Positions 1 to 12,800 of a DNA stretch of 64,000 nt are shown here, piece after piece; the stretch's first letter is position 1, and each line of letters starts with the position of its first letter. This DNA comes from Phoronis australis (lineage: Eukaryota > Animalia > Phoronida): the NCBI GenBank assembly GCA_002633005.1, contig NMRA01000023.1:982474-1046473 (forward strand), in the 5' to 3' direction. Below the pieces are notes generated by a model. It ran no database searches, was not told the DNA's origin, and worked only from the letters and a program-made list of their open reading frames with translations. Made by a program: the position numbers and the translations under genes.

Positions 1-548
1 GTGTTAAGGTTTTGAATAGTCTCAAGTGGCCCAAACTGTCTACTCGACGCAATCTTCACATGACTACATTTACTTTCAAGGTAATAAACAATGTCAACAA
101 CGTTTCTGTCAAAAAATATTTGATCTATACACTAGACAAGGCCATCGTATTGACTTGAGATCCTCCACCCCATATGCAATTCCTCCGTCGTTCAGTCAGG
201 CAGTCAGAAGGTCTACAGTTGTGATGTGCATCAACAACTAGAATTCTCTTCCAGTCTCTGTTAAGGAAAGCAACTATTTTACGAGTATAAAAAATAATTT
301 AACTCAGTAAACTTGACTCAATCCCCCCTTCCCCACGATAAAGAAATATCACTGTACAGATCAAGATGTGGCATTTTCCTCAACTCTGACAAGTTCAGGC
401 ACAACTTTAGTAATGTCTCTCCAAACTGTAAATGTGGTGACCATCAATCTTATCCTCATATTTTCTTCAAATGTCCCGTCATCGAATACCTGAGAGACTC
501 ACGCTTTCGTGCACTCAATGAAAACCATTCAATTCCTAACGCTCTTAA
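1..548 (+). mobile_element. Non-LTR retrotransposon (CR1-group-like) 3' ORF2 remnant, part 1; interrupted at TTAA 545-548
   Basis: Degenerate C-terminal motif LYRSRCGIFLNSDKFRHNFSNVSPNCKCGDHQSYPHIFFKCP. A homologous uninterrupted copy lies at ~43290-43822 (-). Confidence 0.65.
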
Positions 549-2206
549 AGGAGAATGCCACCCAAAAAACAACCTAATTTGTATCAATTTAGATCGAGTA
601 GTTCTACTCCATAACGACACGTACGATTGTGTTACCTGACACCTGACGGCAGACGGAGGTGTTGGAATTATCCAATGACGTTATCGGTTTCACACGCAGT
701 CTGTTTTGGTGTCAGCTTATCGCTTGAAGTCATCGTTTAACACCAATAAATCATCAAACTTCCATGTAAAACCCTTAAAAATACACCGAGTTCTTACAAA
801 AACGTGTTGTTTTATTTCGCGCTTACGGATTTATTGTTATTTGGACACACCGTAGCCTACAAAGTTCGGCAGGCTAATAAGGTCCGTAGCAGGAGTTTGG
901 GGTCTGTTCGGAGATAATTTCGAAGTATTTTCCGTGAGATACATGTACAGACATGAGAACCTATATCTGTGTCGTGTAGAATTGTGATATTTGAGTTCTA
1001 AACACAAAACGCTTGTTATCCTGGCCAGTGGCTCGGAGCCTGATCAGGCCCGTCGCGGCCGGCCGGATTGACTCGTTATCCCGGGTGGGCCAGTGACTCG
1101 GAAACTCATCAGACATCACGAACATAAACCAACCAAAGTTCAGTGGAAACTAAAGAAAATACTACGCTAGTGAGCCAAAGTAATGTGCACGTGATTATGT
1201 TGGTGAATTACCACGAGACTGCAAATCTACTTACTTGTCGGCGGCCGAAAATTCAGGCTCCGCTTTGGCCACAGCACCGTCAGGGCAGAAATTGTACATT
1301 GACAATCATTATTTGAGTAATGTAAATGTAAATAAAGATTCCCCTAACACCTGGCCGTGGGATGGAAATCGAGTTGTTTCACAACAGTTTCTGCCAGCAA
1401 ACACTAAATTAGCATGATCTCACACACACGGCCTCAGTGTCCCGTCAATTAGTTTTATTGCACCTAAAGCCGGTAAAGCAGTGATTTATTCATTGCTGGC
1501 TTCTCAAATCATTTGCACTCACGAACACCCCAAAGGCATTACAAATTGCATCTAATGAGACAGACTTTGTTTCAGTTTTATATAAGTTTTGGTTAGAGTG
1601 AGAATAATTCATTTTGAAAGAGAACGCTCAGTAATAAACGCCAACATGGCAACTCGCAATCCCGACTTAAGACGAGCCAGAGCTCATCAGTCCCGACTTC
1701 GCAGGTGGATCGTTAAGTTTTGCAGGCTATCAATTCGAACAGGAATACAGTGATGACGAAATACTAGAGAGGCGCCTTGAACAAGCTCAGACAACGGAAC
1801 GTATGGTATTATTTGGTAAGCCGGCATTCGTCCGGCACTGTCGACGTCTGCAGGCCACAGACACGGAGATGTTTCACGGCCTCATACTTGCTATTTACAG
1901 ATTACATTTCATTCTTCACTACCATGAGCCACTTCCTAAGCATTTGGACTCTCGACGAAGTAAAAAAAAAACGTATACCCGCTTTCCTCGAAGGTGCTTA
2001 GTTCGGACAAGCGGGAACAATGCATCGCAACATAGCGGCATTCACTCTGCATATGAACCACTGACGTCTCTAGCATCGTTTCTCACCTTCTTCGCAGGTT
2101 AACGCGACACAAATTGGCAAGGTAAAGTCGATCGTATGCGAGGCGATGTGGATATAGACCGATTAAAACGGCAAAAAAGACTAATTAAATCGGGTGGCAT
2201 TCTCCT
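549..2206. mobile_element. Non-autonomous Kolobok-like DNA transposon
   Basis: Perfect 15-bp TIR AGGAGAATGCCACCC (549) / GGGTGGCATTCTCCT (2206) with TTAA on both sides (545-548, 2207-2210) and purine-purine termini. The empty site is visible in the paralogous LINE copy near 43535. Confidence 0.85.
1845..2033 (-). pseudogene. Decayed THAP zinc-finger domain inside the Kolobok-like element
   Basis: Manual translation MLRCIVPACPN*APSRKAGIRFF/..MLRKWLMVVKNE..KHLRVCGL fits the THAP pattern CxxxxC..F..W..VC, with stops and a frameshift. Confidence 0.6.
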
Positions 2207-2210
2207 TTAA

Positions 2211-2550
2211 TTCTTGTAATAATATCCGTACTAGAGTTACATTATTATTGAATTGTAGTCCTAACCTTGACCTCATTCTCAACAAATTTCTCCTAAGCAA
2301 CTTTAGTAAATTTTTATGTACCGTTTATCAATATTGTTGCATCTGATTTCCATACATGAATCTGTACATATTTTTGTTTTTATATTATTTTAATAGCATA
2401 TTGGAATACTTATATTAGATGCTACTTAATTGTATATACCTCAATTAATATTAGTTTACAACCCAGATATAATGCTTCGCGGTTTCTGGGTTTGTTATTA
2501 TTTCTTTGTATGTTCTGTGTATTCTTTAATAAATATATATTAAATATCAC
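2211..2550 (+). mobile_element. CR1-like LINE 3' end, part 2 (ORF end and AT-rich tail)
   Basis: Resumes TTCTTGTAATAATATCC..CTAGAGTTACATT, colinear with the copy at ~43290-43540 (-). AATAAA near 2529. Confidence 0.65.
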
Positions 2551-3282
2551 TTTAAAAGAATTGAAAAATGAAAGCGGCCATCAGTATCTTCTATTAAATC
2601 TTCATCAGATATTTGATCAAATGTTTTCCATGTGGAAGATTTCCGGAAAATTCATGAATGTGAATGAAATACACCAGACAGACACGATCGCCCTCTTTGT
2701 CGTGTTTTTGATGGAATCAAAATAATTATCAGGCGTTGGGCATGAGCGATGAGCCAGTCCGGCCTATCGAGAGCAGTAGAAAACCAGGCTCCCGTTCAGT
2801 AACGCTAGGACCTCGCTAAAAAGCAAGACTTCGCGAGATTACGAGAGATTTTGCACTGCGTTTTAAATAAGAACACGTGACTTTGACTTGGTTTTTGCTA
2901 GGTCCTAGCGTACAGTACAGCCACTGAATTATTAGACTCTCTCCGGTCTAGCCACCCTTGACCGTAACCGGAGAGAGACCGGAGAGTGAGGCGTGAATTA
3001 ACCGTGGCAGCTGGCGGGAGCCTAAGCGTGACTGTATCCGAAGCTTACCGTGAGTTAGGCGTGAACGAAGCGCGAACCAGCCGTGAGCCAGCTAGGCGTG
3101 AGTTTACCTGCATCGCAGATAAAAAGTAATTTATTAAAATTATATCAGTAACTAGCACTGATGTGTGTATTCTCATAGACTTTTGCTCATATGATATTTA
3201 ATTTTTTTTGAAATCGTCCCGTGCAGTAAAAGACCAAAATTTCACTTCAGGAAACAGACCTTTGGACTTTACTTTTCACTCA

Positions 3283-3310
3283 TATATATATATATATACA
3301 TATACATATA

Positions 3311-3386
<76 letters not shown>

Positions 3387-3390
3387 CGTT
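3283..3390. repeat. (TA)n microsatellite
   Basis: Directly visible TA run with a few TACA/TGTA variants. Confidence 0.95.
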
Positions 3391-4079
3391 TTTATATAAA
3401 CTAATGAAAGAATCTTAACACGCATGTACATGGCGGAATTATTCAATTGCCTTCACGATATGAAAGAGCATAGCATGTCAATTCTGAGCACAATGATCCC
3501 AAGTTCCGGCATCATGCGGAGAAAACTGATCGCGCCCAGGCATTTGAAGAATCAAACAGAATACCGCTATTATTATTTTAGTGAAGAATTACCCCGGGAT
3601 ACCGTTTACTCAGTCGAAACGCATGTACTACGGGGAAGGGGCTAAATATAATTGAACTGCACTACGGATTGAGGACTTTTAAGTCAAAACATTTGCTTGC
3701 AGTAAGGGATGGTTATGTCAGAAGGGCGGCCTATTGAAATTTTCTGTACGCCAGTACGGTACAAAGATTTACAGAGTGACACAATACTTCACAAGATGCG
3801 TAGGCTATTTTTGTGGCGAATAACTATATCCACCTGTGACAACTAAGTTTCAAGGAGTGCACAACCATGTAAAAATGACTCTGGACACAGCGTCGTGTTC
3901 ATTCGTATTTACTAACCGGGGTTACTGTACATGTATGTCGTTGATGGGACTTGCTCTTAAGTCGTAAATTGAACATGTACATGTACAAGACGAGCTGAAG
4001 GAAGACGTTTGTGTGAACAACACATGGAATTACAGAGTTAGTCGGAACCCAAGCGTGATACAGTGTAGATGACTGCTTG

Positions 4080-4113
4080 CAAAGATACTCTATAATAAAC
4101 TATAATGTCTTTG
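4080..4113. mobile_element. Probable P-type excision footprint or micro-MITE
   Basis: 34-bp CAAAGA...TCTTTG flanked by imperfect 7-bp direct repeats CTGCTTG / CAACTTG. Confidence 0.45.
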
Positions 4114-4444
4114 CAACTTGACCGAAAAGACAGGCAATCAAGACGTTGCATGTATTTTTACTGGTTAGCCCGGTGCCCGACCATGGTTACGACAGCTACC
4201 AAAGGCGTGAAGAAAGCGTGAGGTAAGCGTTAACGAGGCGTGAGAAAGGCGTTAACTAAACCAGAGGTAAGCATGAGGACTACACGGACAGTAGGCGTGA
4301 GGCGACCGTGACTGATTTCTGTCACGCCTGCGTTCCGGTTGCGCTCCGGTCTGGCCAGGCGTGAGGTAGCCCGGACGAAGTCTAAAAATTCAGTGGCTGT
4401 ACTGTAGGTTCTATCTTTTTATGAACGCACGCCAGGTGCATGAC

Positions 4445-4975
4445 GGCGATATCCCGTTGCTCCCAACTTGTTCGATTCTATAGCTCAACGACAAGTTGGG
4501 AAGTTTACCCGCTAGCCAATATCTTATACGACTGATTAATTCCATTCCGGCATTTATGGTTCTGGAGGGCCTGCGCTCTTTTGTTGGATAATTGATCGTA
4601 TCTAGACTGACTGGGCTGGGCTGATAAAACTGAAAGTTAAGTTATAACATATTTGAGCTTAAACCAATAGCATTTCTGAATTCCTCATCAAATGCTGATC
4701 ATGTACCGTTTTCGAATCAAAATCGCCCAACTACAACAGAAGTTAAGACAACCTATTCTGTCCAAACGGATGCACTGGGTTTGACTGTGTTCATAAGCGT
4801 TCGGTAATAGCGTGCAACCACCATACCTTTCCCTTGAAGCCTGGGAGATACGTGGCCTGCTTGTTATCATATGGGACAAAATACTGAGCTCGGTAGTTAA
4901 CAAAAGAGCAAGATTTTATCGCACGTTCAGCACCCCTCACGTCTGGAAAAGTTACTGAACGACAGAACGCTGTAA
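4445..4975 (+). repeat. Dispersed repeat, second copy at ~21153-21680
   Basis: Colinear similarity, e.g. CCCGTTGCTCCCAACTTG..AAGTTGGGAAGTTTACCC and AAACCAATAGCATTTCTGA in both copies. Confidence 0.8.
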
Positions 4976-5196
4976 TGACAGTTTTGCGTGCGACAGGTTT
5001 TCATCATAGCGTGGCGAATATCGGTGTACCTAATCATCTATGTTAACAGATGCGTGATCGAAGTAAACGTGACCGGTGTTGTGTTATTACATAGAATGTG
5101 AAGGAGGAACAACGGAGGGAAGAACTTGATACCACAGCGTACGAAAATACGAAGGGGATGTAAAAAACTCCTTGTCTACTACTTGATTACATTAGT

Positions 5197-5456
5197 CAGG
5201 GGCGACTCCAGGATTTCGAGTTGGGGGGCAGGGCACAAGAATAATCAGAATTTCGCGCGCGCCCAGCCTAAAATGTAGGGATGCTGGGCTTGTGGACCTA
5301 TAGTTATTAATAAAAAAATGATAAACGGGGTTTGCTCAAGGCCTATGCATTGTGCATTCGCCCCGAGCACCCCGTGGTTCGCGCATATGCTAGTCAACAA
5401 TTCGCACACCGAACTGCCAAATGGTTTCTAGGNCCCCCCCCCTAAATCCGCCACTG
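5197..5456. mobile_element. hAT-like MITE (CAGGGGCG...CCGCCACTG) with 5-bp TSD
   Basis: Termini shared with other copies in the window. TTAGT at 5192-5196 and 5457-5461. Confidence 0.7.
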
Positions 5457-5759
5457 TTAGTGTCGTTGAGGCAGTGTTGATTATAGCTAGGAACCAATGT
5501 GAGAAGGAATAGAAAAGCGGCATCTTTCAAAGCGTTATTCTATTCACTAATCCGATATTTGGTTTCTGTCATCGCTGCGGTTTGGCTGGTGAGCAATCCT
5601 ACAAGTCTTAGCGTTACATCCGGGACTTGTACGCTTGGTGCTAAGAGACGGAATGCGACAAAGTGAGAGAAAGCAATTAGCTTTATTGCTGTATAAGATT
5701 CAATTTTAAGCGTTCGTGCATGCCATGTTGTTGAAAACGCATTTTAATTAGTGCATGGG

Positions 5760-6302
5760 CAGCACGTACAAATTACAAGTTTATCAAAATGTTTGATAAA
5801 TTTTTTGATTGCTTAAACGTAAGATCCCTTTATGAGTATATCACGAAACATAAACCTCCGCTTGCACCTTACGAGAGTGTTGATGATCCACGATTTGATT
5901 GGTTAAGGAATGAATTCCTTGCGGACTTGAAGGAATGGAGAGACGAGATCAACAACCGCCCGGAAACTTCAGTGCAAGTGATAGAGCTACCAAACCATGG
6001 AGGTGATTCAAATTACTGTTAACTCGTTTGTAGAAGCATGTCAGTTTCTGCTAGGACAAGTTGCATCTTTTGTTCTAAGTGAAAATTTGAACCAGGACCC
6101 TCTTGAACAGTGGTTTTCAATGCAACGCAATGCTGGTGGAGCAAATGAAAATCTTACTGTGGCTCAGTTTAACTAAAATACAGCTGCTTTGCGGTTGCAG
6201 AAGTCGTGTGCCATAAAATCCCTGAATGCCAATATCAGGGGCCAACAAGAAGACAGATGCATAGACAATACTCTATTAACAAAGAAAAAACGCAAAACAT
6301 AG
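5760..6302 (+). pseudogene. P-element/THAP9-type transposase, C-terminal catalytic fragment
   Basis: MFDKFFDCLNVRS..PYESVDDPRFDWL, then after a frameshift ITVNSFVEACQFLL..VLSENLNQDPLEQWFSMQRNAGGANEN, matching the QDxLE motif with the catalytic Glu. The N-terminal part is missing. Confidence 0.9.
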
Positions 6303-6867
6303 CTCATGATAATCGTATGAATATCATGCATGAAAAAGTGTTCCAACTGATTGTTTTACAGATTTATTTTTAGAACAGTGTTGAGGTGATTCTAATGCTG
6401 TGGTCTTATTGAGTAATAGTGGTAACATGTATGTGCCCATGCTGTTGGCTTACTGATGTGCTCGTAACGGATTTCTGGTAATAAACAGAATTTCCTTGAA
6501 ATCAGATTAATTTTAAAGTGTTGCAACAAGGATCATTCAGCACCCATTTTGAGAGGGCACTTTGATTTTAGAACAAGTTTTGAATTTCTGGTGGTGCCCA
6601 CCACAGTTGAATGGCACTGAATTGCCATTTAAAGAGCAAACACACGTAGCATTGTAATTTACGAAGTGTTCCTATTTTAAGGTGTCTCGAATGATAAGAT
6701 TTCTTAATTTACTCTGTTGAAAATGGAACATCTTTAAAGAGTCCATAGCTAACAACACTAAAGGTAATATTTTGAAAACCTGTTTTTAATCATTTATTCA
6801 TATGTACATGTTTCAAATCTTAACACAAAGACTCTCGAAGGTGACAAGTCACAATGTGCATCTTTCA

Positions 6868-9800
6868 TTAAAGTTGATTCATAACTTTCAGGGATTTACG
6901 CAGCCTTTTCTGACCCTTCACATTGCAATACTGCTGCTTTTCATACAAACTTACTATTTTCTTTTGAAACGAAAACCCCCCCTTATAGTTAAATAATGTT
7001 TCACAAAGATGAACAGCACATCCAGCTTGATTGGTTGTGAAAATCCAGGAGTTGCCTGGTTCCACAGATCAAGAAGGGTTGGACGACAGTGAAGGGAATC
7101 CATCAAACCCATCTGTACATCTCCCCCATGGTAGTTTAAAATACTACTGTCACTGAACACTTCATGACGTACAACTTTCTCTAGTTCTTTGACAAAGAGA
7201 TATAATTCATGAGAAATTAAGAACAGTCCACCGCGATTCACCAATGTAGTTCAGGAGTCCTCCCTGATACTTTCTCCACTGAGACTTTGGATGTCGAGTG
7301 TTTCCTGGACTTCAACTTCGACACACGTTTCAACAACCTACTGCACATTGCACCTGCTACATAACTTAGCGCTTGCTCTTCTTCAGGCGATAGCGGATTC
7401 ACGGTTGGGGCACTTTGCAATGCAAGGGTGTCGAGACGATACAACAATTTCAAGGCTTCATCAAACAATTTGCGTAGGTAGGATGCGAATGTTTGACGCC
7501 GGGCTAAATGGGAGCCTTGCCCCTCAAACAATGACTTACCCTGCCCGATGAAGTGCGGCTGCACTCGCAGGGTGTGATATGACCGCCACATATTCTCATT
7601 TCTCTGACTGCGAAGAATGGATGAGTCTCCACCAGTCAGAGCCTCCCATATGAACTCGGACACAACTGACTGTGGGCCCTTCATTCGTAAGCACTCTATT
7701 AGCGAAATAACCTCCCTACCGGCAGAGGTTAATCTCATGAATTCATCACTTTTCACAGCGGTGACAGCAATATCTATGAGGCTTGGCATTTCTTCATCTA
7801 GAATTTCTCTTGACAGAGTAGATGTGTATTTTTTGGCTGAAACAATAGAAAATTTGTCATTAAATATAGATACATATAATTATATCAGTTAATGTACTAC
7901 TATGTATTGGCATCCGTACCAGCGTACACATATTTTTGATGTCACCTCTTGACTAGTGTTTATTCTAGACTGTTTATTTTACAATGCGCCAACTACAGTT
8001 GGTGTTTTTACCTTTATTCCCCAAGTGTATAGTAGATACCGACGTCTAGTAAAGGAACGACGCTAATATGTGGCATTGCAGAACTTGTCTTCCCTGAAAT
8101 AATTACATACCCTTCATACGCTTCCTTGTTCCCTTGTTAATTGCCGCATCATCACAGTTTGGTGCAGTCAGAAGTTCAGAAGCTGAAAAAGAAACACAAT
8201 TGGCCCATATTATATTTGGAAATATTAAGTACTAGTCCACGAGAGCACCAACCATGAGCGGCAAGGTGGGGGTCAGCCGATTTTCACCAAATTTGGCACA
8301 TATATAGTCCTATGGGATCTATAAACAGCGGTAAAATATTTCCTCAAAATATTGCGTTTTTCTAAAGTTATAGGTTCAAACACATTTTACGGCTTCGCAG
8401 CCGTGTTTTCACGGTATAAAAACTGTCCAGTTTTAACTGTTCATATTTTTCCTTGAATGAAAGCTATTGATTTATTATTCACTTGGCATTGTTTAGTGGA
8501 GCCTATAGATTTTTACACAGATGTCTTGAAACACGATTCCGATTTACCACCCTTATTTAGTAGTTTTACTGCATTGCCCCCCGTTATGCCATTTTGAGGT
8601 TGTGTTCAGCACACTGCTGTACCAAATCTGCCCCCACTGTTATGAGAATGAAACTTACCCAAAATGTTGACAAAACATGTTGCTTTCATTGCATGAAATT
8701 AAAACTTTGTCAGCCATTTTATGAGTTATACATTTTGGCACCTCAAATGTACTAAAGTGAGAAATTTTCATATATCTGAGATCGATGCTTGAGCACCGTA
8801 AAATCCGATTGTCCATGTTTTTCGATATTTTGCAACAAGTTAGTTCCTTCTGAATGTTTTGAACGTTTTACTACTTACCACATAGGGCTATAGTACCCCT
8901 AAATACCATACATGGCTCCATTTTGTAAAAAGCCGATTATGTCCTCCACAGTGAACAGGGTTAGACATGAACTCGACAAATGTAGGTTATTTTGATTTAC
9001 AGTTGTTTTACTTTGCAGTTTCCTCATGGGTATTTCTTCACACATATTCAAGTCAGATTTCATGTCGATCAAATGTTCATGCAATGCATTGTAATATCAA
9101 ATGAATGATAAGTTTGGTGGCATGACCGCAATTTTCCCACGACTTAAAACAAAAGACCGCAAAAATTTTTCTGACGAAATACCGGGCTTGCAGTTCTCTA
9201 AAAATATCCGAATGACACAGCAAACTCCACCACTGTCCGTGACAACTCGTTGCAGGTTTTTCGCCCATCGGTCCTATCATTGTTTTCCTTTGTTGTGTCA
9301 TTGCTGGTTATAACAACACACGTGGATATAGAACCTTGAGGACATCAGACCGTTGCCGATAAGTGCTCGTCATTATATCTTTATTATAACAACGGGAACA
9401 ATGAAGATGCTAATCTATTGTTCTCAATGCGACCAGGTTTCCCGTGGATGACCACAGAAGAGGAATCCTAAAGTATCCACAAACAATGACCCCGCACCTT
9501 AGTAACTATTACCGCGCACACGAATCCTTTCCGTGGAACCTTAACACCAAGTTTTTATATCCGTGTATTGTGCTGTATTGCTCATGGTACGGGTTCAGAC
9601 TCTGTTGCATTAAGATTCCAATCCCCAACCCTGTAAAATTTCTAGACAATACAGGTTTATGGATTTATTCTCCTTTAAATGAAGAGTAAAAATCAAATTC
9701 TGCACAGGTTTTTTAAAAGTAATCACTTATTGGAGGATCACACATCTAAAAAATAAAATAATGTTTGACAATTTTATTCATTATCTCATTTGAAAATTGC

Positions 9801-12800
9801 CTACCTCACAGACAACTCATCTAAGTTGAAAATATTCCTTGTGAAAAAAATATAAAATACCAACCAGAGACTTGTGTACTACAAAATATGTTTTCGTAAT
9901 ACAATGCAAAGATAACTGTACAGTCAAAAGTGCAAATATTATGACTCTAATAAAAAATTGCCTTCTAGATCTTTTAAACACTCTAATTGCTACAGGACAG
10001 AGTCAACCACACAAAGCCCATAGGGTCAGGGAATTACATTTAAGGTGATGTAGTCTCACTGCGAAAAAGTGATTTCGCAATATCGCTGACAACACTGGAA
10101 ATCTCTTCTTCACAAACTTGAGGTAGCTGTATTTACCACATCAGTCTTCTTATCAAAACTAACCACCAAAAATGAAAAATTGGCTTGTCGGTTCCAATTA
10201 GGCAGCATTTTACAATGAAATGGTCATGAAAAAATACTTTTGCAACATGGTTTGCATAACAATTGTCCTACGATTACAGTTGTACATACATACTAGACCA
10301 GTAGCAAAATTACCCATGGGAACCATAAAATGGTCAATTCGACAAAAAAAACAAGGAGCCACCAGAGCTAATGTGTCAATACTTTTCAGTACTGCAACAA
10401 AAAATCATTTGAAGCGGACATAAGCTCGCCTAAAATCACACAAAACAACTTTTGATTTAGACATTTTACTATCACGAAATAGGTATTACTTCCAGGTCAC
10501 TTTTGAGCAATTTCGGAACTTTGAAAGATCAGGCAATATGCACTTGCTAGAGACCAGACTAATAGTGTGTGATTTTATTCACACAACATGGTCTCAAGGA
10601 ATAGCAAACTGTCAATTCGCTACAATTCCAGAAATCAATTCCCATCTGGATAAGGGACAAACTGAGCAAAGTTTATAGAGGTAAATGGTCTAAATCAAAA
10701 CTTATTACCTACTGGACAGAATATGGGTTTACAACCCAGGTAGAAAGATAAGTTAACAAAACCAGCCTAACTGCAACAGGGTCTCAAATTTCAGTAATAT
10801 ATACCCATTTACAAACAAAAATCAATAATGGTAAATATAATGCGGAAACATAAATTCAGATCAATTAGGCATCTTCAAGGAAAAGGAACAGTACAGTGGT
10901 CAGAAATCATCTAAACGTGATGGCCACACTGAGAAATCCTGTCAGACCAAAAAATCCAGTGGCTAAACAAAATGAACAATGTACCAATACCATGTGGCCC
11001 AGGATCATGATCCGTGCCTGGAGAAAAATTCAGTCTTGGTCTAGGTAAATTTTAGATTTGTGCTGTTCACACAAGCAGTTCTGGTGCGAACAAAGCTTGC
11101 GAAAACACACAAGCCTACCTCCCTACACAGCTGTGCTGACACAATAATGCCACCACTGGATTTAGCAGATCAGCCAGAGTATTTACTGGTCCAGCCACTG
11201 TACTGTTTCCTCCCTTTGATTTTTTACAATGCTACATCCTTGACAATCACAGATTGCCTCTTTCAATGCATACTGCACTTCCTCTGTCCCAGTTTCCTCA
11301 CATTTGCTGAGAGTGGCCTATCTCAACAAATTACTTTGGACCTGTTGTGGTATAAGTCAGTAATCTTTGGCAAATACTTTTTCCCCGACTTGTTCCTCAA
11401 GCTACAAATTCTCTTTGACATATCTTCTGGGAGTAGACTTTATGGCCTCTCTCTAGCCCCTTCACTTAGTTGTCCAGAAGGGTACCTTCTTGCTGGTTGT
11501 GAACTTTTCCATACCCAACCTTTACTAATAATCGGCAATTCTCCAACTTCAGCAGAAGCCACTTCTTCTGCATAAGCCTTTCATGATTCCTAAAATTGTA
11601 TTAATGAAAAAAATTAACATATTAAATTTAATGTGGCCATTTCGGTTCAGAAAATATGAATACCAAGCTAAAGTGAAGGCACCAATATTTTTGACGGCTT
11701 TAGCATGTTTAATTAACTTCATAATCGCAGAAATTCACTGGCAGACATAACATACTCCCTAGTCTCTAAAAGTAGTTCATGGGCAGAAGTCATGTTACAC
11801 ATTTGGTGGTTGTTATGAAAAGTTATGATGATTACCTATTTTCTATGCCAATGTATACATGTAGTTGCTTAAACATCAACACATTTGAATAAGATATGAT
11901 TAAGCAATAAGGCCCAAGTTATAAGTAATCACGGTGAGTCAATAAAAGTATTTTTGCATGAATGACGAGCTTCTAAAAATATTCCTCAGGGTCAGACCCT
12001 GCAGTTTAGTGATTCCTACCTGAGCTCACACGAAGCAAGACGTTGAACCTTGACTTAACGTCTTTGGTCATTTTTCAGACATCAGGCTCTATCAGATTTC
12101 TCCTCTAGTGTCCAGTGGATGTTCTCAGTGTCTTTGGCGACAGCAATATATATCGAGTGTTGTAACGATGATTCGGGCAAGTGAATCTAATACGGTAGAT
12201 TATGTAGCTCGTGCTGCACACCTGCCTCCGAGTCCGAGGCAGACACTGAGACAGACTACTTCTCAGGAGGACACGTTCCACCTCCACATCAGCTCCACGT
12301 ACTCTTATAAGGTACTCAAATGTCTCGCTCTATACCTTGTGCATTTCCCAAGAGTTTCCAAAGTTGTTTCTCTCCACAATTTGTAGAAATACCACATTCG
12401 ACGCCACTGGCAGTGCCAGATAAATAGATAAATTCGCAAACCCGCACTTTAGGTCAGCCATCATTCAACTAACGCATTGTAAGCTTTAGTTTGATATTCA
12501 GACGAGTTGGTTGAATAAATTTAGTATAATTTCATATCTTAGTGGGAAATGCTAGTGTCATTAAAATTAATTAAAAACATTTTAGCAAACCAATTCTTTT
12601 AATTGTTGTATCATACCACGGCATATTAACGCGTAGAAACGGCGCACAATTAGTGACTGGTTTAACATGACAAATACAAACACGCGGTCTGAAAATAGTG
12701 AAATTCAGACACCTATTACCAAGCCTGCCTGAAGGGCTGACAAAGTTTTTATTGTATTAATTTCAAGGGCATGGAGTCTTCTACATGTCCATGGTATTAT

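Larger units (their letters stand above)
2913..4404. mobile_element. TA-flanked non-autonomous TIR element with GGCGTGA subterminal repeats
   Basis: TIR CAGTACAGCCACTGAATTWTTAGACT at both ends, TA at 2911-2912 and 4405-4406, and clusters of (G)GCGTGA at ~2985-3105 and ~4200-4370. Confidence 0.8.

Noticed and set aside
3208-3399. ORF with YIYIYI run
   Set aside because: It is the translation of a TA microsatellite.
11060-11575. 171-aa plus-strand ORF
   Set aside because: It is the antisense shadow of the Sola3-like relic on the minus strand.
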